Positions 48,759 to 62,253 of a stretch of DNA of 64,000 nucleotides are shown in pieces. Within the stretch, counting starts at the first letter, position 1. The number at the start of each line of letters is the position of its first letter. The notes beneath the pieces are model-generated. The model searched no databases and had not been told where the DNA came from. It saw only the letters and a program-made list of their open reading frames with translations. A program made the position numbers and the translations under genes. This DNA comes from Malacoraja senta (lineage: Eukaryota), in contig CM075988.1 in the NCBI GenBank assembly GCA_038087875.1, positions 5,642,001 through 5,706,000 of the forward strand, written 5' to 3'.

Positions 48759-49842
48759 ACCAGAGGACACCAGCGTAGCTGTCGATGCTGAGCATAATTG
48801 GGGAGTTTGTTCAATGTCTCCAGCATGGTAGGACTGCACGTTGGTTGTGGACCATGGCCAGGGATGTTTGCTTTGAGATTGCTGTGGAGAGTGGAGGCAA
48901 TTGTGTTTAATTTGAAGTTGAACCGAGAGACAATGGCTTGGCACATTGAAAGGAAATTCTGGGAAGTAGCCAAGGGTAAAGCTTGGCATCAGCATGGTGA
49001 AACACGTACAGAAGCTGTGAACAGATGTACTGGACGTTTCTAATGCGTTGGATAAACCTGCTGAGAGTATTGAGCAGCACTAACATGCAGGACTGAGATC
49101 AACTTGTGCCCGACATCTACACCTGCTCCCTTGTCTTCATGACAGAAGTGGGGCGATGCGGAGACGGAGAGAGGACACGTTACAGCAGGAGTGCGAGCTG
49201 AGGGACACACTGAAGCTCGGTGCAGCCAACGCCAAGGCTCTATGGTGGCACGGATCCAGGCAGCGGGCAGTCGAGGGTCCTGCCCGACTCGACTGCCTGC
49301 CCCTCTTCGTCTGCGCCCGCGCGTCCCTGGAATCCCACGGGGATTCTGGAGGCCTTCCGTGAACGCTGGTTGCCGCGGGGGGGTCGAGTGTATTGTGGAT
49401 ACAGTTGACAACATTTAAACCTGACAACTGTTTGATTGTTGTTTTGTAAACTTGCCAATGGCAGTCTGGATTTTGTTATTATTCTGTATTCAATTCAATT
49501 CAATTTGTGTTTCATTGAATAAAAGCTTGTTAAGGGAAAAAAAGAGTCTGGGGGGGAGGTCTGCAGTCTAGGGTCTGTCCGCTGCTGAACATTGGGTGGG
49601 GGGGTCGGGTGTGGAGGAGACGCCCCTCAAACAAGGGAAGGGATTTCACTGCAGGAGGCCACATGAGTGTGAAATTGTGAAAACACCACCCAGTGAGGAA
49701 TAGAATGTATATATAGCCTCCCAGATTGTCAGAGGGATTTTTACACAGTTCCTATATTGTACATATTTGTAACTTTGAATAAAGTTGATTTTGAATTTTT
49801 TTTTAAAGATACATGTACAGAAGCTGTAAACAGATTAGTTTA

Positions 49843-51055
49843 TCAACGTCACCACCAATTTCCATCCTGCACTCAAATTCACTTGGACCATCTCCGACAT
49901 CTGCCTCCCGTTTCTAGATCTCACCGTCTCCATCACAGGAAACAGACTATTGACCGACTTCTACTACAAACCTACTGACTCCCATAGCTATCTTGACTAC
50001 ACCTCTTCCCACCCAGCTTCCTGTAAGGACTCTATCCCCTACTCCCCATTCCTCCGTCTACGCCGCATCTGCGCCCAGGATGAGGTGTTCCATACCAGGC
50101 CATCGGAGATGTCCTCATTCTTTAGGAAACGGGGGTTCCCCTCTTCCATTATAGATGAGGCTCTCACTAGGGTTTCCTCGATATCCCGCAGTTCCGCTCT
50201 TGCTCCCCCTCCCCCCATTCATAACAAGGACAGAGTCCCCCCTTGTCCTCAGCTTCCACCCCATCAGCCGTCGCATACAACATATAATCCTCCAACATTT
50301 TCGCCACCTCCAACGGGATCCCACTACTGGCCACATCTTCCCACCTCCTCCCCTTTCTGCTTTCCGCAGAGACCGTTCCCACCGAAACTCCCTGGTCAAC
50401 TCATCCCTTCCCACCCAAACCACCCCCTCCCCAGGTACCTTCCCCTGCAACCGCAGGAGATGCAACACCTGTCCCTTTACTTCCCCCCTCGACTCCATCC
50501 AAGGACCGAACAGTCTTTCCAGGTGAGGCAGAGGTTCACTTGCACCTCCTCCAACCTCATCTACTGTATCCGCTGTTCCAGGTTTCAACTTCCCTACATC
50601 AGCGAGACCAAGCGCAGGCTCGGCGATCGTTTCGCTGAACACCTTCGCTCAGTCCGTCTTAACCAAGCTGAACTCCCGGTTGCTCAGCACTTCAACTCCC
50701 CCTCCCATTCCCAGTCTGACCTTTCTGCCCTGGGCCTCCTCCATTGTCAGAGTGAGGCACAGCGCAAATTGGAGGAACAGCACTTCATATTTCGCTTGGG
50801 TAGTTTACACCCCAGCGGTATGAACATTGACTTCTCTAACTACAGATAGCCCTTGCTTTCCCTCTCTCTCCATCCCCTCCCCCTTCCAAGTTCGCCCACT
50901 AGTCTTACTGTCTCTGTCTTTCTACATTCTATCTTTGTCCCACCCACTTCCCTGACATCAGTCTGAAGAAGGGTCTCAACCGGAAAAGTCACCCGTTCCT
51001 TCGCTCCAGAGATGCTGCCTGACCCGCTGAGTTACTCCAGCATTTTGTGTCTACC
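49843..51055 (+). mobile_element. Penelope-like element, 5'-truncated: RT thumb, GIY-YIG endonuclease and a 3' module with hammerhead motif
   Basis: FHPALKFT...LPFLDL...YKPTDSHSYLDYTSSHP...RLRRIC; frameshifted linker CNRRRCNTC; NLIYCIRC...YISETKRRLGDRFAEH...VAQHFN...P.GMN. Degenerate hammerhead at ~50963. TSD AACAGATTAGTTTA at 49829-49842 / 51056-51069. Confidence 0.92.
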
Positions 51056-51061
51056 AACAGA

Positions 51062-51378
51062 TTAGTTTAGTTTAGAGATACAACGTGGAAACAAGCCCTT
51101 CGGCCCATCGAGTCCAGGGCAACCAGCAAACCCCGCACATTAACACTATCCGACACATGCTAGGGACAATGTACACTTATGCCAAGCCAATTAACCCTAT
51201 AAATCTGTACGTCTTTGGAGTGTGGGAGGAAACTAAAGATCTCGGAGAAAACCCACGCAGGTGACGGGGAGAACGTACAAACGCCGTACAGACAGCACCC
51301 GTAGTCGCGATCGAACCCGGGCCTCTGGCGCTGCATGCGCTGTAAGGCAGCAACTCTACCGCTGCCCCACCGTGCCAC
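51062..51378 (-). mobile_element. HE1/V-SINE-type SINE, full length
   Basis: Diagnostic boxes, core and (TAAAC)n tail. Confidence 0.85.
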
Positions 51379-52876
51379 ACAGCACTAACAAGGGGAGTGT
51401 AATCAACTGGTGTCCGATGGCTACACGTGCTCCCGTGTCTTCAAGACAAAAGTCAGGAGATGCGGAGACGGAGAGAGAACAGGTTACGTAGCCAGTGGTG
51501 GTGGGAGTGGACTAATCAGCAACCATTGAATGTCGAACAAGCAAGAGCAGATACCTGAGCAATACATGGAATTGTAAATAATGTGGTGTTCCAGGGGAGA
51601 GTACGGGAATAGCAGAATGTAGGGACCGTGCAGGGATTATACCTTGTACCAAACGTTATTCCCTTATCATGTATCTGTACAGTGTAACGATACCATACGA
51701 TAGAACTTTATCTCAAATGGCTCGATTGTAATCATGTTTTGTCTTCCTGCTGACTGGTTAGCACGCAATAAATGCTTTTCACAGTACCTCGACACATGCA
51801 ACAATAATCTAAAGATAGACACAAACTGCCGGAGTAACTCAGCGGGACAGGCATCATCTCTGGAGAGAAGGAATGGATGACATTTCGGGTTTAGACCTTG
51901 CTTCAAACTGTCCTTCTCGCCAGAGATGCTGCCTGTCCAGCTGAGTTACTCCAGCATTTGGTGTCGATCCTCGGTTTAAACCAGCATCTGCAGTTCCTCC
52001 CTGAAAATAAACTAAAGTAATCTAAACTGAACTGAAGTGGAACTGAGGTGGAAGGTTAGCCATGATCTTGGCAAATGGTGGAACAGGCCCCTGGTAGAGG
52101 ACAGAGGAACCAGATCACCTACCCCGAACTCTTATATCTTGATGTAACGAAGCTATAGGAAAGTGCCAAGATATTCTCTCCCTGCAATAAATCATGCCCC
52201 ATGCCTGCCTAATCTCCAACAGATTCGAAAGAAGAAGGTCAATGAAGAGCAGCCATGTCCAGGGATGGAACAGGAGACCCTGGTCCTTGCTGGGACCTTG
52301 GTGGGACCTTGGGGATGAAGGTCCTTCATGGGGGTGGCCAAGCCCAGTGGCCTTGGCTCTGTGAGTTGGGAGAGGAGGGGGTGATGGGGAGAGGAGGGCA
52401 GTCTGTGCCCAGCCAGGGTGGGGCACCCTAGAACAACCACACAGGACCCCCCTCCCAACCCCCACCCTGACAGGATCATTATCACCGGACCACACACACA
52501 CCCCCCACTCCAACTGTGGTGCAGGCCCTATCCATGGACCAGGAATGGGGGAATGGGAGTGGGAATACCAGCTCCTCTCGATCTGTGGAATTAGGTCAGA
52601 AGATCTAATTCCATCGAAGGTTATAGGGAGAAGGCAGGAGAAAAGGGTTGAGGGGAAAAAAATAGATCAGCCATGATGGAATGGCGGAGCAAACTCAATG
52701 GGCTGAATGGCCTAATTCTGCTCCATGTCTTATGATCTCATGATTTTATGATCTTAGAAGCATCAGGGAGGCCTGACTGAGGGGGCAACTGTGAACATTG
52801 AGACCAGCGCTTAGTTCATTTAAGTGGCTTTTAGATAGGCACGTGGGTATGCAGGGAATGGAGGAATATGGATCAC

Positions 52877-53089
52877 TTGTGTAGAAAGGAATTGCAGATG
52901 CTGGTTTATTCCGAAGATAGACACAAAGTACTGGAGTAACTCAGCGGGTCAGGCAGAATCTCTGGAGAAAAAGGATAGGTGACTGTTCTGGTCTGAGGAA
53001 TGCTCCCGACCCAAAATGTCACCCATCCTTTTTCTCCAGAGATGCTGCGTGACCCGCTGAGTTACTCCAGCACTTTGTGTCTATCTTCG
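52877..53089. mobile_element. Penelope-derived fold-back insertion within a CR1 tail
   Basis: Inverted pair; direct repeat ATATGGATCAC at 52866-52876 / 53090-53100. Confidence 0.75.
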
Positions 53090-55002
53090 ATATGGATCAC
53101 ATGCAGGCAGAGGGGATAAATGTAACTTGGCATCGTGTTCAGCGTGGACATTGTGGGCCGAAGGGCCTGTTCCTGTGCTGTACTGTTCTATGTTTGTTGT
53201 TTGAGAGAGACCAGGTGGTGCAGCGGTAGAGTTGCTGCCTTACAACGCCAGAGACCCTGGATCGATCCTGTCTACTGGTGTACGGAGTTAGTCCGTTCTC
53301 CCTGTAACCTGCGTGGGTTTTCTCCAGGTGCTCCGGTTTCCTCCCACAGTCCAAATACTTACAGGTGTGTAGGCTAATTGGCTTTGGTAAAATTGTAAAT
53401 TGTCCCGTGTGTGTGTGTGTGTAGGATAGTGTTAGTGTGCGGGGATCGCTGCTGGGCCGAAGGGCCTGTTTCCTTGCTGTACCTCGAAACTAATCTAAAC
53501 AGTAGGTGAAAACTTGAATGAGAGCCCAAACATGATGCGAACCCAGTCCGTGACCCAGATGGGGAGACCTCAAGTGGACCTGACAAGACAACTCGCATTA
53601 TACGAATGATGTTTGTTTAACAAACAGCCAGTGCTGAGTGCAGTATCAACAGAGTGGAAGGAATTACATTGAGTAACAGTATGTCCATAGGGTCTAGGAG
53701 CAGAATGAGGCCATTCGGCCCATTAGGTCTACTCCGCCATTCAATCATGGCAGATCTATATTTCCCTCTCAACCCCATTCTCCTGCCCCATAAACTCTGG
53801 CACCCGTACTAATCAAGAATCTGTCAATCTCTACCTTAAAAATACGCAATGACTTGGCCAACACAGCACTGGACTGTGGCAATGAATTCCACAGATTCTC
53901 CTCCTTAACCTATCCTCTTTTTCCACCTCTCTTCCAGCTTTGTCCAGCTGACTAAAGAAATTCCTCTTCATCTCCTTTCTATAAGTTTGTTATTTTATTC
54001 TGAGGCTATGGCCTCCGGTCCTAGGCTCTCCTAATAGTGGAAACCTCCTCTCCACATCCACTCTATCTAGCCTTTCACTATTCAGTAAGTTTCAATGATG
54101 TCCCCCTCATCCTCCTAAACTCCAGCCTGTCCAGGCCCAGTGCCGTGTGTGTGCCGTGTGTGAATATTAGCCGGGCATTCCTTATTTCAACTCCACCTTT
54201 CAAAAGGCTTCCCTGTCTGGTCAGAGCTGGGAACTGTTAACCCTTTGCAACCTTGTCTTTGTGGAGGCAGTGTTCTCCTCCTCTGTGATGAGTGGACTAG
54301 AATGTGGTTGGAAATGCTTTAAATGGTATCAAGGCTTCTTCACGAGTTCATGACCTCAAAATGTTCTTCAAGAGGATTGGCAAAAATGTTGAGTTCCTGA
54401 CCGATTAGGTGGAACAATGTTTCATAATTACGCGAGGGGGTTGTTTTTGGTTGTTAAATTTCTGGTATATGTCCATTTATGGGAGGAATTGTGAACTAAA
54501 GAGCAGCAACTAGAGGTTGAATTGCAGACATTGGCATGTTTCTTTTATAATGGGGACTTCTTGACAAGTGTGAAGAATTCAGAAATGTTGGAGATAAGAT
54601 GTGGCCCTGAAGTCTAACGTCTCTTGAAGTGTTTGGTTTTAAAATGAGTGGCTAATTTCACCCAGTTTAAATTGAAATGAATGAATGATGGTCAATTTTG
54701 TCCAGTCTTGTTCAGTTTTAATTGTATGTCCAAGATATCCCATAGGCACCCAGTATTAGAAAGCCTGTATGTTGCATTTTACTTGGAAACAAAGGCACAA
54801 AGTGCTGGAGTAACTCAGAAGGTCAGGCAGCAGCTTTGGAGAACATGGATAGGTAACGTTTAGGGTCGGGACACTTCAGACTGACTGTAGTAGGGGGGAC
54901 AAAGCTGGAAGAGAGGTGCGAAAAGAGGATAGGTTAAGGTGGGTGAGGGTGGGGGTGAGGATGGGGGTTACAACTTTGTATGTGGGTTAGTATAATGATT
55001 GA

Positions 55003-55372
55003 CTTCTCTAACTTCAAGTTACCCTTGCTTTCCATCTCTCTCCATTATTCCGCCATCCTAGTTCTCCGACCAGTCTGACTGTCCTCCTGATTATATTTCA
55101 TCTTTGTCTGCTTCGTTGTCACCTTCTCCTCGCTAACAACGATCCATTCTACATTTTCCCTGAACTTCGTCCCCTTTGATGTCTCGTTTTTACACCTTAC
55201 CCTTCCAAATCTCCTTGTCTCCCTCTCCCATGACTGTCGGTCTGAAGAAGGGACTTGACCCGAAACGTCACCCATTCCTTCTCTCCAGAGATGCTGCCTG
55301 TCCCGCTGAGTTACTACAACATTTTGTGTCTATCTTCGGTGTAAACCAGCATCTGCAGTTCCTTCCTACACT
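55003..55372 (+). mobile_element. Penelope 3' UTR fragment with hammerhead motif (55242-55272)
   Basis: Starts at the ORF-end motif GACTTCTCTAAC also seen near 50830; contains CTGAAGAAGGGACTTGACCCGAAACGTCACC. Confidence 0.75.
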
Positions 55373-55610
55373 ACACACCTTCCTAGTCTATACACACTAG
55401 ACTAATTTACTTATAGTAAGCCCATATCCATCTCTACCATTCAAGTACCTGTCCAAAAGTATTTTATATGTTGGTAGCTCACATCGTCTGTGTGAAAAAA
55501 ATATTTTGTTTAGCTTTAGTTTTAGTTGTAGAGATACAGCAAGGAAACAGGCCCTTCGGCCCACCAAGTCCACGCCGACCAGAGATCCCCGCACATTAAC
55601 ACTACCCTAG

Positions 55611-58600
55611 TGTAGATGAGATATGCATGTGCCTTTAACATAGTGACCTCACACCCACTAACCACTCCTCATATCACAAGTATAACTACAACCTCCACAC
55701 CCACAGATCGCTCTCTAGTTCCTGTGACAGACCACGTACAGCTAGTGCAATGTATAATGATCCAGTATGAATAAAGATAGTAAAGTAACGATGCCTCGTT
55801 ATCAATCCTTTACATGGTGTCAAATAACTTACCTTGCGCCTCCCGTTTATCGGTTTATCATTTAATTTTGACCCAGTTTTTTGTTTCCCCCCCTAACTGT
55901 TTTTGTTATGGCCTCTTCTGCCCGTAAGCCCGATGCGCTCGTTTTCGATTTCGACATCGCCCTTCAATGGGACATATTCAAACGCGACTTTGAACACTAT
56001 TTCACGATTGCCCATCCTGGCGCCACCCCCGCTCTCAAAGCCTCACTGCTTCTCAACTTGGCTGGTCCCAACGCCTTGACTCGCTCTGACTTCTTCGTCT
56101 ACGCTCCTGGAGAATCAGCTCGGGACCCGGCATGTCTGTTGGCTAAGTTTGACGCTATTTGTGACATTCCGACTAATTGCATTTTAGAACGTTTTAAACT
56201 GTTCGCGCGGCGTCAGCTCCCTGGGGAATCTGCTGAGAACTATGTCATTGCGCTGCGGGACCTGGGCAGGCGCTGCCGCCTCGAGACGTGGACCCCCGAT
56301 AATGTCATCAGGGACCTACTGGTTTACGGTCTCCGTGATGAGAAGCTCAGGTCCGAACTACTTCGCAAGCCGGATCTGACCTTGGCCGATGCAATGCACG
56401 CTACTCGCTTAGCCGACGCTGTTTCCGCGGCGGCGCCGCCGGCTGAACAGGCGATCAACTTTGCCAGCACTCCTAGCTATCTCATGAACGCACCCCAGTC
56501 GCGACCCCCGGTGTCGCTCGCTGCTCGAGGGGGACGCGCCCCGGGGTTCGGTGGTGCCACAAGGGGAGGCACCCAGCAAAGGTGCCCTAATTGCAACTTC
56601 ACAACTCATCAGTTCAATGTGTGCCCTGCGCTGGGAAAGAACTGCAATTCCTGTAATAAGTTGAACCATTTTGCTGCAGCTTGTCATTCCCGTGGGAAGC
56701 CTGTCGCTGCTCGAAGGCAAAATTTAAACAACCTTCTACAGTCGGATAATGATCTCAGCTCCCAGCACTATTCCGATGAACATTCTGTTCCTACATCTAA
56801 CTCCTCTCAGGGGGAAACCAGCTTGTTTACCGTGGTGGACGCACCTGCTATGATAACGGATCCTTCTGTGCAAGTCACTGTGAACAACTCGACCTTCACG
56901 GCCAAAATCGACACTGGGGCGGTTACCAATGTTATGTCAACATCTCTTTTCAACCAGATAAGGACTAATGAGAAGATATTTTCTCAGAGCTCAAACCTGC
57001 ATGCCTACGGTGGGGAGATCCTTACTCCTGTGGGCAAGGCCACACTACACTGTAAGATACTGAAGGCCACTCGGCCCCTCACCTTCTTTCTCCTCAATCG
57101 AAGTTGCGTTCCCCTGCTGGGGATCCAGGCATGCCAGGAAATGGGACTGGTGTCCTTCCACCGGGACATCCACCACGTGCAGGCTCTTATGGACCCGCTG
57201 GCCGAGTATCCCGACCGCTTTGATGATAAGCTAGGCAAACTACCCTGCAGCTACAAGATTGAAGTGGACCATAAGATCGTTCCTGTGGTCCATGCTCCTC
57301 ACCGTATTTCCTTCGCCATGAGGGACAAAGTGGAGGCGACCCTACACAGTATGGTACAAATGGGCGTCCTAAAGGCGGTCGTCGAGCCCACCAGCTGGGT
57401 CTCTTCCATGGTTGTTGCTGCTAAAAAGGACATGAGTGAGATACGCATCTGCATCAACCCCAGAGACCTCAACCTGGCCATTCGGCGCCCTCACTACCCT
57501 ATGAGAACGGTGGAAGACGTCGCTGCACGGGTTGGTCCAGCAACGGTCTTTTCGGTCCTCGATGCCAAGAGTTCATTCTGGCAGATACCACTGGACGAGC
57601 GGTCGTCCATTTTGACAACCTTCGCCACCCCCTACGGAAGGTTTCGGTTCCTCCGAATGCCCTTCGGAATCAACTCTGCCAGTGAGGTATTCCAGCGAAC
57701 CATGGAACAGTTGTTTTCAGATCTGCCTTGCGCCATAATTGTTGACGACATCCTCGTTTACGGTAAGGATGTTGCCGAACACGATGTCAACCTCCGCCTG
57801 ATCCTGGACCGGGCCAGGCAAATCAACTTGAAACTGAACCCCAAGAAGTGCCGATTCCGCGTCTCGGAGGTCACCTACGTTGGACACGTATTCACCGCCG
57901 AGGGGCTAAAGCCAGACCCGCAGAAAACGACTGCCATCTCAGGGATGCCTCCTCCTACTAACGTGGCAGGCCTGCAACGCTTCCTCGGCTTGGTAAACTA
58001 CCTGGGGAAGTTCATCCCCGACCTAAGCGAACTCAGCGCTCCCCTGAGGGATCTGATCAAAAAGGACACTTCCTGGCTTTGGTTACCCAATCATCAGAAG
58101 GCATTTGACATTCTTAAGTCTAAACTGATCAGCACACCCACGCTCAAGTTCTTTGACCTGCGGCATCCCATTGTCCTCACCTGCGACGCCTCTCAATTCG
58201 GACTCGGTGCCGCCTGCCTCCAGGTCCATGACGGCCTGCAGCTGCCTGTCTCATTCGCGTCCCGCACCATGACCGCCACCGAACAGCACTACGCGCAGAT
58301 TGAGAAGGAGCTACTGGCCGTGGTGTTTGCCTGCTCCAAATTCCGGGACTACATCGTGGGCAACACTTTCACCGTTGAAACTGACCATCAACCACTTGTT
58401 ACCATCCTCAACAAACCGATCCATGTGGCCTCATCACGTCTGCAGCGCATGCTGCTGCAGCTCCAGCGTTTCACGTTCACGGTGGTTTATCGTAAGGGGA
58501 AGGACATGTTCGTAGCCGACACGTTGTCTCGCGCCCCGCTGACGTCCACTGCTCGCCACCAATACGAAATGTCCGAGTTACTAGTACTACGATTGAACTT

Positions 58601-60353
58601 CGTCCCCTCGCCACAGATGAAGTCCCTGGTTGAACACACTACCAACGACCCTGCCCTGCAACAGCTGTCTGCCGTCATCCGGCAGGGCTGGCCTGACCGT
58701 CGCTCGGCACTGCCGGCTGGAGCCGTGCCCTACTTCCTGATTCGGGACAAGCTCGTATTGCACGACGGCGTGGTGGTGAAGGGTCACAAAGTGGTCGTGC
58801 CCGCGGCGCTGCACGACACTATTTTCAGGTCGCACACCGCGGTCACACTGGGGCCGAAGCCACTTTGTCTCTCGCCAAGGCACAGTTCTATTGGCCGGAT
58901 ATGGCAAAGTACATCTGGGAGAGGGTCTCATCGTGTTCCACCTGCAACAGCCGCGCCCCCCATCAGCAGCGTCAGCCGCTTCTACAGCAGCCCGCGCCCG
59001 GACTGCCCTGGATGGCGCTCGCCACAGACATTTTCGAGTGGCGGGGCAAACATTTCCTGGTACTCGTTGACTTCTACTCCAGCTGGTTTGCGGTTGACCG
59101 GCTGCCTTCCGTGACCCTCTTCGGCCGTCATCGACAGGTTGGACCCTCACTTTAGCACTTTTGGCCCCCCGGCAAGCTTGCAGTCGGACAATGGCAGCCA
59201 GTTCACGAGCTCCGAGTTTAAAGCGTTCGCTTCCAGATGGAACTTTCGCCATTTCACAAGCAGCCCGGAGTACCCGCAAAGCAACGGTTTGGCCGAGCGC
59301 GCGGTCCGCAGTGCTAAGCACCTGTTGGAACAGTGTGGTGGCATTAACTCCGACTTCCACCTGGCCCTCCTCAGCCTTCGGAACATTTCTCGCGACCCTG
59401 CCATGGGTTCACCTGCTCAGCGGCTCCTGTCTCGCGCTACCAGGCTCCCACTCCCGGTGGCCCAGCGATCCCTCATACCCTCGGTCCTTCCACCTGCGGC
59501 GGTTCAGAAACGAATTGCCTTCAGGCAAGACGTCCAAAAGCGGTCCCATGACAGGTCCTGCCACCCGCTGCCGCCCCTCTTCCCCGGTCAAGTAGTCCGT
59601 ATGCAAACCACTCCCGGTCACTCCAAGCTCGCTACTGTCGTCGGCTCTGCGGGGTCGCCCAGGTCCTATTTCGTCGACTACGCTGGGACCATTTACCGAC
59701 GGTCTCGCCAGCACCTTCGGCTCGTCCACGAGCCGCGTCCTCCTGCCGCCGATCCCTTTGCTCCCCCGCTGCCTGTTTCGCGTCCGGCCGTTGCCCTGCC
59801 CGTGATTCCCTACATGCCTCGCTCTGCTCCTCCTTCGCCCCCTCCGCTCCAACACACTCCGACTAGTCCTCGCACGCCCCCCCGCGCTCTTCCCGGTATG
59901 GCCCCGCATCCCCTCCGGTTTCGGTGCCGCGATCTCTTCCGTTTCCTCCCGTTTCTCCCTTTCAGGTTCGTCTGTCCCCGCTGGTGCCTCTTCCTCCTCC
60001 AGGAAGGGTGGATGGCAAGACGCGAAACCGGGCGGGACGTCTGGTCAAACCGCCTGACCGCTATGGCGATGTTGCCTAGCTATCCTAGCGCATGAGCCGT
60101 GGTCGCCATGTCACCTTTGTATTTGCCTGTCAGTTTCGGGGAGGAAGGATGTAGATGAGATATGCATGTGCCTTTAACATAGTGACCTCACACCCACTAA
60201 CCACTCCTCATATCACAAGTATAACTACAACCTCCACACCCACAGATCGCTCTCTAGTTCCTGTGACAGACCACGTACAGCTAGTGCAATGTATAATGAT
60301 CCAGTATGAATAAAGATAGTAAAGTAACGATGCCTCGTTATCAATCCTTTACA
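55611..60353 (+). mobile_element. Full-length Ty3/Gypsy LTR retrotransposon (Mag-like), inserted in a SINE
   Basis: Two identical 204-bp TG...CA LTRs (55611-55814, 60150-60353); 5-bp TSD CCTAG; PBS TGGTGTCA at 55815; PPT GGGGAGGAAGGA at 60138-60149. Confidence 0.97.
55908..60078 (+). pseudogene. Single gag-pol ORF of the Gypsy element, frameshifted in the integrase region
   Basis: Twin zinc knuckles CPNC...H...C / CNSCNKLNHFAAAC; protease IDTGA; RT IVDD; RNase H TCDAS...ADTLSR; integrase HHCC and D-D-E (DIF, SDNG, NGLAER). Indels near 58818, 59117 and ~59900; C-terminal RAGRLVKPPDRYGD lies in a shifted frame. Confidence 0.9.
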
Positions 60354-61336
60354 CCTAGGGACAATGTACACATACACCAAGCTAATTAACCTACAAACCT
60401 GTACGTCTTTGGAGGGTGGGAGGAAACCGAAGATCTCGGAGAAAATCCACGCGGAGAACGTACAAACCCCATACAGACGGCACCCATGGTCGGGATCGAT
60501 CCGGTGTCTCTGGCCCTGCAACGTTGTCAGGCAGCAACTCTACCGCTGCACCTCGGTGCCGCCCACACGGCAGGCCACCTCTAAATTTGCCCCCTCACAC
60601 CATAAAACCTGCAGTCTAGTTTTAGTTTCTCCTACCCTGGGATAAACTCTGACTATATCCTATCTGTGCTGTGACTTGTTGACATCAGGAATTAATTCCC
60701 CATCACACATCGCCGATACCTTCAGGGTTGTCTTTTGCTGTGATAATCCGATCAGTGTGGAATTTATCTATCATCAGTCTCTTCTCGCTGCTACCATCAG
60801 GCAGGAGGTACAGAAGCCCAAAGTCTACACCACCATGGGAGTGGTCTTGGAGGAGAGGATGCTCCTCAAACTGCGGAGCATCTTGGACAATGCAGCTTAC
60901 ACCCTCCATGACGCACTGGTCAACCTGAGGAGCACCTTCAGCAACAGACTGGTTCCACCAAGGTGCGGTACAGAACGCCACAGGAGATCTTTCTTGTGTT
61001 TTATGACTGTTGGCAGATCAATTTCCCTCCAGGGATAAATAAAGTTCCATCGTATCGTATCGTACCAGGTTCAGGAACAGCTACTTTCCTACAGAACCAT
61101 CAGGTTCTTGAACCGACCCAGACAACCCTAATCCTATCTTGGCAGCAGAACACCACAGGCCATCTCTTGCTCTAGCTTGGACTTGTTTTCTAATTGTGTT
61201 TTTTGCCCTGAGCTTCCCTGAAAGTGACGACACAGGGCGGCCAAGAAGGGTTGGCCATCATCATTCAGGGTATTGAGTATAGAAGTTGGTGCACAAAATG
61301 CTGGGGTAACTCAGTGGGACAGGCAGCATCTCTGGA

Positions 61337-61372
61337 GGTGACGTTTCGGGTCGAGACCCTTCTTCAGACTGA
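61337..61372 (-). ncRNA. Intact consensus copy of the Penelope-associated minimal hammerhead motif
   Basis: Reverse complement TCAGT-CTGAAGA-A-GGGT-CTCG-ACCC-GAAAC-GTC-ACC. Confidence 0.7.
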
Positions 61373-61944
61373 ATCAGTATTTATCGTCAGGTGTAGAAGC
61401 AAGGAACTGCGGATGCTGGTTGACTGGCTGAGATATTCCAGTTTCAGTGTTAATTGTAGTGCACAACGACAGTGAGCCACAGGTACAACGAAGACCTTGC
61501 TTGCAGCAGTATCACAGGTACATTGACTCAGGCAATGAATACAAATATAAATCATACATACATTATCCAAGGTAAGGAAAGGGCAAGACTGTGTGTAAAA
61601 ATAAACAAGAGTTTAGTGCAAACTCACAATGAGGAAACATCCTTGGTAGTGGAAGCACATCCTCAGTAGCCTCCCCTGCTCACGAGTATTATTGGCCATG
61701 GGAATGGGAATTATTCATGTGACACACACTCCTCCAGAAAGCCCGTGAGCTTTGTTTATTCTCAAAATGCCGATTTATTTTTCCCACAGTTCAGTGCCAA
61801 AGTGCTCGAGTGTACTGTGTGTAGCATGTTGCCTCCACACAGCCTGCCATGTAGACTAACTCTGGCCATCTTGTGTCTCTTTTACTTTAAGAGTGGCTGG
61901 TGTAGGTGTAGGTGTAAGACCAACAATGAAAACATTCACCTGCT

Positions 61945-62129
61945 CACCTCTCTCCTGTCTCTCGTACTCACTCTCTCTCACTCTCTCTTTCTCACTCTCT
62001 CCCTCTCTTCCCTTTCTCCCTCTCACTCACTCACTCTCTCCCTCTCTTAGTCACTTGTTCACTCTCTCTCTTTCTCTACCACCCACTCTCAGTCTCTCCC
62101 TCTCTCCCTCTCTCTCGCTCTCATTCTCT

Positions 62130-62203
<74 letters not shown>

Positions 62204-62253
62204 CTCTTTCTCTCTCTCTCTCACTCACCCTCTTTCTCACCCTCTCTCTTTCT
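61945..62253. repeat. (CT)n microsatellite/low complexity
   Basis: Pure (CT)n core at ~62140-62200. Confidence 0.95.

Noticed and set aside
49002..49835. ~25-bp imperfect direct repeat (ACAYGTACAGAAGCTGTRAACAGAT) as the TSD of one large insertion
   Set aside because: The enclosed DNA is a mix of fragments in different orientations, so no single element can be defined.
61690..61945. Possible ETS1 upstream exon after TTTTTCCCACAG
   Set aside because: No recognisable ETS1 peptide or convincing donor; I found no ETS1 coding exon anywhere in the window.
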